Assembly: GCA_032718475.1 (NCBI GenBank)
Contig: JAUCBJ010006392.1
Location: 1 to 51,113, forward strand
From: Nemertoderma westbladi
Taxonomy: Eukaryota; Animalia; Xenacoelomorpha
Direction of reading: 5' to 3'
Length of the DNA stretch: 51,113 bases
Shown here: positions 38,553-48,008 of the stretch, piece after piece
How positions within the stretch are numbered: position 1 is the stretch's first letter
Layout of the letters: each line of letters begins with the position of its first letter
The notes under the pieces: generated by a model
Databases searched by the model: none
The model's input: the letters and a program-made list of their open reading frames with translations, nothing else
What the model was told of the DNA's origin: nothing
Translations under genes and position numbers: made by a program

Positions 38553-39489
38553 CAAGAAGAATCGTCGTATTGTTAAAAGTACATTAGCTGCAGAGGGGTT
38601 AGCGCCAGTTGATGCCCTGGAAGAAGCTAGTTATGCTGCTGCTACATTATCGGACATAGTAAAACAAAAGATACCAATTACAGCTTATATTGATTGTAAA
38701 AATCTTCACACTGCAATACATTCCACAATACCTTTGAGTGAGAAACATCTTCGCATAGATATAGCATCAGTTAAAGAACTACCGGTACTTCAGAATCGGG
38801 AACTGGATAAGACTGAACTGGTAAAAACTAAACAGCAGATAGCTGGCGTCCTGACAAAGAGGGGTGTTTGTCCAATTCAGATTCTAAATATTATTACTTC
38901 GGGAGGTATTGATATGGGAATATTTCAATATTTATTGGTGGAAGTGGAGGTATGTTTTAGGAAAATAGGTTGAATAAATACCTTCTATTCTATATATTCT
39001 TGTTCGTTTCTGTTTCTCGTTAGTTATCTCGGTCGAAGAAAGAAGGTTAGATTGTTAGATAGCTGTTAGTGCGATTCGATGAGTACAGGAGTACTTCTGT
39101 AGGTTGATAGGCCTACATCTATGATTGTATTTGAGTATATATAGTAATATATCTATGACAGCCAATACCGTGTTCACTGTTCGGATGGTTTATTATATTT
39201 GGTTTATTATATAGACTGTCGTTGTATTAATATAAGGAAGGATAATTCATCAGAATTAGTTTAACATCAGTCATGGATATATTGATGAGTAGTAAGTTTA
39301 TTAGAATGTTTGGATAGTTGTATATAGATATAGGGAGATATTGTCAAGTAGGGAAGGAGTAGTATTTCATCTACAAGATTATAGTTAAGGGTAGACCCTA
39401 AGGGCATATGGCAGTAGTTTTGAGGTTTTATGTGCATTAGGAAGAAAGAGAGCAGGGTAACTAATAATTTATGATTAAATGCAACAAAC

Positions 39490-42400
39490 CTGTAACTCAA
39501 TATTATCCTGACTTAGAGTTAAGATTTGCTTCTCCCGAGCCTCAACAATCTCAGCTTGTTGTGACAATTTGGTTAGAAGATATGACTCAGACCATGAACC
39601 TACCCCAGTGGTCTGCGACCCTGTCCAGAATTCAGCAACAGTGGTCTGGCACTCATCGTCTGTATTGGTGACCAATGAGAAAGCTGCAGAGTCACCTGTT
39701 TTATCACCTGATGTTGTCTGGGAGACACTGCAATTAGTTGAGTCCTCAAATGATTCATTCATGGTGTTAAAGTCGCCAAAGGATTTCTCATAATTATCAC
39801 CATTGTCAGGGTAATCTGATACAGTGGTATCATCCTCTGTGTTACAATGCTCACCAATCCCATCACTGATTATTTCAGAAGCAACATAAACAGGGATAAT
39901 TTCACTTTGAGTTAAAGTTACAGCATGGTTAGTTAGAATTTGAGTTACAGATGGGATACTTCCACTATGAGTTGCATCTGATGCAGGATCAATTTCGCTT
40001 TGAGTTAATGTGTCCAGTGAACCCCTCATTGTATCACAACTGATATCCGAAGTGGAGATGCCATCCTCAATCGTGGACTCTAATACAGAGGGGATAAAAC
40101 TCATATCCAAAATATCCTGTCTGCAGTTTACAGTTTGAGAACATTGGACATCTATTGTGTCCCCAGGTTCAGGTTCACTTAATATAATCTCAGCTGTTGG
40201 ACTTTCATCAACCTGTTCCATGTAACCATCTGAGATATTGACATCAGTTTGGATATCAGGAATGTCATTAGATACCAATGTTCCATCAACTGGAAGGTCT
40301 TGGTTGGTTAACCGACTGCAGACAGGTAAGTTGTGGAGATCACTAGAAGTATTACCAGTGGGAGAATGTCCATTCAACTCAGATAGACCATTCTTACTAT
40401 TAAGAAGCTCCCAGGACTGGGTGGAACTGACCATACTTAGGTCAGTTTCCATTGCAGGTAGTGATTTATTAAGAATCACCATCGAATTGTGGTCATTGTA
40501 GTAAGAAGCCCCATTCTCTGAACTGTTCCGACTCATTGATATTATTTCAATGGATTCTGACTCAGACGTCTCTGACCTCTGTGTTTCCCGTTCTGAAGGA
40601 CTGTGTGTTGGTGAATTACAGAATGGAGGACTCCGGGGATTTATAGCAGGGATAATAACATTAACAGGTTCCATAACAGAACCAGTGGGTGTCGATAAGC
40701 TAACAGGTTCCATAACAGAACCAGGGGCTGTGGATAAGCTAACAGGTTCCACAACAGAACCAGGGCCTGTGGATAAGCTAACAGGTTCCACAACAGAACC
40801 AGGTGGTGTCGATAAGCTAACAGGTTCCATAATAGAACCAGGGACTGTGGATAAGCTAACAGGAATCAAACAATCATCGTAGATAATGGATTCAGGGACA
40901 ATTATGCTTGGACTGGAACAATTGGCTAGTGTGTGGGGAGAGGTGTCATCTGTAGGGACAATACCACAGGCGATTCTTTTGGGAGAGGTGTCATCTGTAG
41001 GGACAGTACCGCAAGCGATTCTTTGGGGAGAGGTGTCATCTGTAGGGACAGTACCCAGGGCGATTCTTTGGGGAGAGGTGTCATCTGTAGGGACAGTACC
41101 CAGGGCGATTCTTCGGGGAGAGGTGTCATCTGTAGGGACAATACCGCAAGCAATTCTTTGGGGAGAGGTGTCATCTGTAGGGACAGTACCCTGGGCGATT
41201 CTTTGGGGAGAGGTGTCATCTGTAGGGACAGTACCGTAAGCGATTCTTTGGGGAGAGGTGTCATCTGTAGGGACAGTACCCTGGGCGATTCTTTGGGGAG
41301 AGGTGTCATCTGTAGGGACAGTACCCTGGGCGATTCTTTGGGGAGAGGTGTCATCTGTAGGGACAGTACCCTGGGCGATTCTTTGGGGAGAGGTGTCATC
41401 TGTAGGGACAGTACCGTGGGCGATTCTTTGGGGAGAGGTGTCATCTGTAGGAACAGTACCCTGGGCGATTCTTTGGGGAGAGGTCTCATCTGTAGGGACA
41501 GTACCGTGGGCGATTCTTTGGGGAGAGGTGTCATCTGTAGGGACAGTACCCTGGGCGATTCTTTGGGGAGAGGTGTCATCTGTAGGGACAGTACCCTGGG
41601 CGATTCTTTGGGGAGAGGTGTCATCTGTAGGGACAGTACCGCGGGCGATTCTTTGGGGAGAGGTGTCATCTGTAGGGACAGTACCCTGGGCGATTCTTTG
41701 GGGAGAGGTGTCATCTGTAGGGACAGTACCCTGGGTGATTCTTTGGGGAGAAGTGTCATCTGTAGGGACAGTACCCTGGGCAATTCTTTGGGGAGAGGTG
41801 TCATCTGTAGGGACAGTACCCTGGGCGATTCTTTGGGGAGAGGTGTCATCTGTATGGACAGCTCCCCAGTCTATTGTTTTGGGAGAATTGTTATCTGTAG
41901 GGCCTGAGCCCTGGGCAATTGTTTTGGGTGAAGTATCATCATTATGGGTAGGCATCCAGTTTATTTTAGTTACAGGTGTATCATAAATATCACTGAGAGA
42001 CTCCCCGATAACAGAACTAGAGTTAGAATTGAGGGTTTCTGCCTGTAAGAACTCATCCTCAGGGAATTCCAGCCCAGTTAGCCATCCAGAGGAACCAGTT
42101 GCAACCGATGGTTGGTTCTCTGTAGAGATACCCTCCACAACGCCAAAATCAGTCAGTTTTCTATGGAATGGTTCGTTCCTACGATTCTTCTTCCTCTGTG
42201 GTGTTAGTTTAGTTTCTTTAATAGGTTGAGTGGTCAGTTCATTGGTTGCCATGGTACTGGTGGTAACGAGCGAATCCTTTGGATCAGTTTGGGGTTGCTT
42301 GGCAACCAGGTCAGACTTTGGTTGATGGTCTACAGCCTCTGTGATACCCCCAAGAAACCCCATAAAGAAATCATCTGTTCTGCTTGCATCAATTGTTGCC

Positions 42401-42570
42401 ATCTGTTGACTCCCTCTATGGGAGTCAGTTATACTCCCTTTCGGGGAGCCACTCTTATCAGCAGCTCCCTGACCTTCCTGGATGTCCAACATCTGGTCTA
42501 TCGACTTCTGGGCTGAAGATATCGCTGTTTTGGCAATTTTCGATAAAGAAGCTTGATTGAACCAAGACAT
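39490..42570 (-). CDS. TMF1: TMF1 (TATA element modulatory factor / golgin) coding exon 1, 1027 codons
   Basis: ATG at 42570 gives MSWFNQASLSKIAKTAISSAQKSIDQMLDIQE, which matches the conserved TMF1 N-terminus as I recall it (MSWFN..LSSFAKQALSQAQKSIDRVLDIQE). A long low-complexity region follows and ends in ..EAREKQILTLSQDNIELQ at donor CAG|GTTTGT (phase 0). Confidence 0.93.
40662..40863 (-). repeat. Coding repeat, 39-bp unit (PVSLSTxPGSVxE) x5, in TMF1 exon 1
   Basis: Five in-frame copies visible in the DNA (gataagctaacaggttcc) and in the protein. Confidence 0.9.
40930..41945 (-). repeat. Coding minisatellite, 45-bp unit (TVPTDDTSPQRIAxG), 23 copies including degenerate ends, in TMF1 exon 1
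   Basis: Period of 45 read from the sequence and counted in the translation; the frame is open throughout. Confidence 0.95.
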
Positions 42571-42728
42571 TATAAACAGGTTGTCACTCAATTATAATTA
42601 TTAGTTGCTGAATTATATCCAGAAGTTCCAGACTATGAATAGCGGCTTAAATTAATAGAGTATGAATTTATATGTAGCAATTAATTATCAATAGTTATTG
42701 AGTTATCATCATAAACAACCAAGGGTTA

Positions 42729-42734
42729 TTTATT
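42729..42734 (-). promoter_or_regulatory. AATAAA poly(A) signal overlapping the BLOC1S5-like stop codon
   Basis: Minus strand reads GAA TAA A, followed about 10-20 nt later by GU-rich ttggttgttt. Confidence 0.5.
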
Positions 42735-42926
42735 CTCCAGTATTACTTGCAACTGGTGTAGGAAGTGTCTCTTTCTTGGAGGAATACTTTGCTGCTAAAG
42801 CTGCCAACATATCCTGCTCATAACCTTTGTATTCCTTGTCTAGACTCTCGACTTCCTTCCTCAGTCGATCAACCAACAGTTGCCGTCGTTCCCTCCTTCC
42901 TTCTCGAACTTTCTCCAAATCAAATT
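42730..42926 (-). CDS. BLOC1S5: BLOC1S5-like terminal exon 2 (EFDLEKVREGRRERRQLLVDRLRKEVESLDKEY...TGE*)
   Basis: Acceptor tttatttgatAG in phase 1 matches the upstream donor and gives a 224-aa joined product. The helical charged C-terminus fits Muted. Stop TAA at 42732-42730. Confidence 0.78.
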
Positions 42927-43062
42927 CTATCAAATAAATAAATGAATTTAAATAAAAAGGCCAATATAATTATATATATATATACTCATAAATACATACG
43001 ATATTTATGCAGAAATAGGCCCACATAAAAGCGAGAGAAGACTTACAACAAATAAAACAAAG

Positions 43063-43170
43063 TAAGTGGTTCAAAAAGTAACATTTTTTGTCTTGCTTTC
43101 TTATTTATCTCGCTACGCTCGCCAAGTAATAACGCTCGACAAAATAAGCCTACTTTTTTGCCACCACTTA
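43063..43170. mobile_element. Small hairpin MITE-like element; partial second copy at about 46922-46997
   Basis: taagtggttcaaaaagta / tacttttttgccaccactta inverted ends; shared gtcttgctttcttattt..ataacgctcgacaaaa..ccactta. Confidence 0.6.
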
Positions 43171-43607
43171 TATAGTTATAATATATTTTTAAAAAATTAG
43201 GTTGATACACTTACTGCTGTACTGCATGGAATTCTACACCAACATTGCACAGCACATTTACATACTGACAAATAAAAGGAGTAACTGTACACTAACAGCA
43301 GAATAGTACAGTACCGGTAGCTACAGACTGAGATTTACTAAGACTGTAAGATACAGAGTGTCTCAAATCGCCCCAAACTTTATTAGAAATCATTCAAGTT
43401 GGATTTTAACCTGAGTGCCTGAGAGCCACAGTTCAATAGCAAATAATATTACGGATATAATAGCTGGTATTACTACCTACGATACTGCAATAAGTGCAAT
43501 AGGCCTATTCAGTAAAAAGATTATGTTAATAGTTAATTAACTGATATTTATTAGAATGTTTTAGTGCCCACGATAAACATTAGAAATGTCGGCCTAACTG
43601 CCTAATA

Positions 43608-43841
43608 AGTTATAGTTCATATGCGTACCTCTGGTATTTTCGTATTGCAAAAATAAGACTATAAGTATGAAATACCCTATGTTATTGAGATATTGTTTAT
43701 TGTTTTGGTTAGAAAAGCCCACCACTGTAACCTGCTCCTTTCCGTTAATTAAGTAATGGAGATTAGTTTATTGTTTTGGTTAGAAAACACCACCACTGTA
43801 ACCTGCTTCTTTTGCCAGAGGTACGCATATGAACGATAACC
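43608..43841. mobile_element. MITE with ~27-bp TIR and 8-bp TSD GCCTAATA
   Basis: gttatagttcatatgcgtacctctgg / ccagaggtacgcatatgaacgataac; TSD at 43600-43607 and 43842-43849; contains two copies of the 68-bp module. Confidence 0.85.
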
Positions 43842-45463
43842 GCCTAATATGTAAATTTCATAATACCTGAACTCTGCGATACAATGAACACGATACAATG
43901 ACGCCTTTAATTTAATAGTGATGTTAAAAAAAGTAATGTAATGGAAGTAAAACTTAAATATTCTTCAATATTATTCAACCAAACCAAATCGTACCGAATG
44001 ATACCAAATCACAAACAAATGAAAAGTGCCGGTAAAGTGTAAAGGAGCAGATTACAGTGGTAGCCAGAAGGAACAAAAACAACAAACCATTGGAAAAAAA
44101 TAAAAATCCTAATTTTTTGTATGATTTGTTGAGATTAACCTAATGGTTTGATTTGTTGTTATTTGGTGTGGTGATTTGGGTTTTAAGACGGCTCGGCCTA
44201 GACGCTAGGTCGCTAGGTCTACTCCTGTACTCTGTTACTTGCTTAAGAATGTAAACGTAATGTTTAATATTAAGGTAAAGGAAGCATAAGCTTATTGTAC
44301 CGTACCTGTTCAGCCTGCAGACTAAATATAAAATTCCATAAACGTTAAAATATATAAACTGAGGCTATGTATCTACCTACTACTGTTGTACTGTACTACC
44401 CTAAAAATGTTGATATGAAGTATGTAAGTAAATGAGAGTATGTGGCGTAAAGTCAAACTTAAACTAGCTGGCTAAAAATTATTTACAATACAGTAATTAA
44501 ACTATAAGTAAGTGCATCTAAAAACCGAGCTTGATACAAGTAATAAAAAAGGAGTTGTAACTAATTGGGCACAAAAAGTCAAACTTATGAACGCTAACCT
44601 ACTAGAAATCAGCCTACCCCTCTCTCTGCCATAGAATTCAGTCTCCCACACCCCGTGGGTCATACGCCGCGCTAGACTGGCTTCGGCTGTGTTCATATTT
44701 TATGCGGGCTGTCAGACATCATAAGACACATAAATTAGCAGGTTAAACTGTTAAAGGTCTAAAACCGCGAACACGTAGCTATGTATAAAAACTATTAAGA
44801 TGTTTAAAAACGTCAAGTAAATAGGTTCAATCCAATTAAAAACACAGATAGTCAGATAGTATATTAGTTATTTATTACAATATGATATAAATTATCAATC
44901 TGTAAAGTAGTTGTTAAAACGTGAAGTTTGTGTATGAGGACAAAAGTGTGTAATGGAATGATAAAAAAATTATAATTTAAGTTAAAAAGAAGTCTAAAAA
45001 TTAAAAATTAAAAAAAAGTAAGAAGTTAAGAAATAAGAGTTACTGTGTACTGTTGCAAATTAAATACTAGCCCTATTACACAGAGACAGACCACCATGAT
45101 GGGGTAAACTTGAGCTGGTAGCATAATTATCAATTATCCTCCTCAATTAGGCCTATATTAAATTAATTTAATTAATTAAATTTATGTTAACGTTGAATAG
45201 TCTAATAAAGTCACATCACTGCGCACGGGTACAGCTGTACCATGGCCTTGGCTGTACGGTACCGCGGGCTGGCGGACGGGAGTGGCGGGTATGCTGGTAT
45301 GCCTGTAGGGCCTACTGCTGTTCTGTTCTGTATTTAACGTTAGACAGTTAGATAAACGTAGGCTAGTTCTGTACAGTACAGACAGCCGTACTTACCGATA
45401 ACGTTAGATAAACCGATAAACGACGGAACGAGATACGGTCTAGCAGGTGCACTGCAATCCTAC

Positions 45464-45941
45464 CTTTACAACTACGATTTTCTTCATCAACTGACACCGA
45501 TTCAGATGTGACAGCGATATCGCCTGGATCTCCTCCCTTTTTATTAGTTGAAGAAGAAACAGTGAATGCAGTGATGGGTTGAGAAGGTAATTCTTTTGAA
45601 GCTAATATAATGGATTTATTGAGTTCCAATATTGGTGGGAAGGTTTGAACAAACCCGTCCTTTATTTCTGGAAGTAACCGGTTACACAAAGATTCCTGCG
45701 AAGCTACAACTTTCTGCAGACCATCATATTCACGCCAATTACGTTTTCCCTCGAATTCTTTGTAGCAAAATTGCGATTCTGCTTTCAATATCGGGCGGTG
45801 CTCAAATATTCTGGCAAACACATCACCAAGAGCCTTTATAATGGCGGAACTGTCTGTAGGCAGAGCAGGAGGAGTCCAATCGATACCGGTACGGGTAGGT
45901 GAACCAGTAGCAGTTGTAGTGCTGTCAGTCTCAGATAACAT
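45464..45941 (-). CDS. BLOC1S5: BLOC-1 subunit 5 (Muted)-like, coding exon 1
   Basis: IIKALGDVFARIFEHRPILKAESQFCYKEFEGKRNWRE resembles the Muted core as I recall it (IIKDLGEIHSRLLDHRPVIQGETRYFVKEFEEKRGLRE). Donor AAG|GTAGGA at 45463 (phase 1). Confidence 0.85.
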
Positions 45942-47031
45942 GACAAACTATCAGAATACAGAATAAACAATAGGTCACAATAACAACTACAGTACTTAAC
46001 AGTAAGAAGTTAAATCTGGAAGTATGAAGTAAGGTACCGGTTATTGACTGCAGGTAACTGAGAACTGTACCTACTGTACTGTCTGTCAGCTGTCTCCCCC
46101 TTCTTCTTGAGAAATTGAAAGATATTGATTTGCTGTCGCACTAATACGTTTTTAGCTTTAATATTATATTTCACTATTACTGCACCTTCTCATCATTGTG
46201 TTTCTACTGTAAATAATATAATTTTTAATTTTTGTAAATAATTTTTTAAACTATATGTAAATAATTCTTTAATAAAATTCACATTACGTAATCTTTTATC
46301 ATAAGCGTACGGGAAGCATTTCCACTGTGGGGCAAAGGACAAATTTTTGCCCCCCTCGTTAATCACACCCCCCACCCAAAAAATTTTTTTTTTTTAATTT
46401 TCAAATAACATTAAAAAAAGTATAATTTGCGGGCAGTGCGGTGTCGCGTGGGGGCCACCAAGAATAATAATTTACGCAAAACATTTATAATCTCAGTGGA
46501 ATTTCTTCACTTTATTTCTCATTGTATATTTATATACTGTACGTACAGTATATCAACTATAAGTTTTACAAGAAGAAGATAATTTTACGTAATAAGCTGC
46601 ACCAGAATACAAGTAATAAATTAGGGATTATTTAAACTTTAATTAATCTACTGTACATTTTAGAGGCGAGATATCTGGATTGGGGCTGTGAAAAAAAGAG
46701 AAACAGAACTCAGTAAAATGGGATTGAAAGGTCGGGCACGAAGAATAATACAGGGCGAAATGAAATTAAAAAAAATTAAAATTAAATAAATTCGGATTAG
46801 TGTATGTCTAAAAAAATAAAAATAAAAATAACTAAAAACTATAAATGTAGATGCTATCCGTCCATGGCGGACGAGGAGGGTAGCGAAAGAACCTCGTACA
46901 GCGGTAGAGGCCGACATTATTGGTCTTGCTTTCTTATTTGGCGAAATAACGCTCGACAAAAAATGTCTACTTTTTGACACCACTTAAATAGTTATTATTT
47001 CGCTTTCATTCTTTAACTACAAGAGTTTGAA

Positions 47032-47493
47032 AAAGGTGTCTCCGTCTATATTGCACCAGTTATACTACAGTTATTATTAACCTTATTAAATTCGTCGTAA
47101 AATAGCGGAGTTCAAAAGTTGCATGGTTTTGCACCTTGGCGAGGCAATTTTATTCCAAAATACTGTACACCATATTCTGGAACATTATGCTAATGTATGA
47201 ATAGCTACATACGTATGTAGTATGATTTGAGGTAGTAAATTGGGGTGCCCAGCTACTATACGTATTGGATAAATAAATAGAATAGAATAGCCTAGCGTAA
47301 ATGCAAAACCATGCAACTTTTGAACCCTCACATTTTAGCTATTTTACGACGAAATTCAGATTGAGTAACATACTGTATTTGGAATCCTTGCATGGCCTGG
47401 ATCGGCCAGCTTTCCAAAAATACCAACAAATCATTTTTAAGATTAAAGAATAAACAGCTGCGTAACTGGTGCAATATCGACGGAGACACCTTT
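47032..47493. mobile_element. Non-autonomous long-TIR element (possibly Kolobok-like)
   Basis: aaaggtgtctccgtctatattgcaccagtta / taactggtgcaatatcgacggagacaccttt, and inner gttcaaaagttgcatggttttgca / tgcaaaaccatgcaacttttgaac. Confidence 0.8.
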
Positions 47494-47758
47494 ATAAAGC
47501 ACTTGTAGATAGAGAAGTGAAGCGATAATAAAGATTCTGGCGGCACTATTTACTATAGTAAGTGTAGCCAGCAAGGAGGGGGGAGGTGAAACTACTTTAG
47601 CTCTGCTTCAACAAATACTACATAATATTAATTAACATAATATATAACAGCCGCGCAATTAATAATTATTATTTAACATTTATGCAAAATACGTGAGATC
47701 GGCCTGCAAGTACGGAATACAGCTTGCACTACGGAAATAGAAGAAGAAAAGACTCTAA

Positions 47759-47860
47759 GGCCTGTTTACACGTGGCAACTTTTAGAGCAACTTTCTCGGC
47801 AACTAGCAAGTTTTTTTGGAGCAACTTAATTTAATCGCTGTTTACACGTGGCAACTTTAC
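47759..47860 (+). mobile_element. Possible left end of a PIF/Harbinger-like MITE
   Basis: TAA followed by ggcctgtttacacgtggcaacttt, with a subterminal repeat at about 47838. No partner TIR in the window. Confidence 0.45.
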
Positions 47861-48008
47861 CACATACGTATACACACGAATTGTTGGTAATGTAATAATT
47901 CATAATTTCCTAAACACACAATTCCGTGCGTGGGTTAGATTGGTAATATAATAATTCATAATTTCCTAAACACACAATTCCGTGCCTGGCAATGACAATT
48001 CCGTGCGT

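Larger units (their letters stand above)
37010..38910 (+). mobile_element. Ty1/Copia pol remnant (RT-RNase H), degenerate and interrupted
   Basis: FYGLND.RNWY, LHVDDVLYSG, VYSDASYA..SAEGYIIFL..ITWGSKKIRR / RIVKSTLAAE..YIDCKNL..EKHLRIDIA..QIAGVLTK. Confidence 0.88.

Noticed and set aside
40886-41986. Overlapping ORFs in other frames and on the other strand of the 45-bp repeat
   Set aside because: By-products of a stop-poor repeat; only the TMF1 frame is continuous with conserved sequence.
42571-42591. ORF-track extension MSDNLFI upstream of TMF1
   Set aside because: Starts at TTG; the conserved N-terminus begins at the ATG at 42570.
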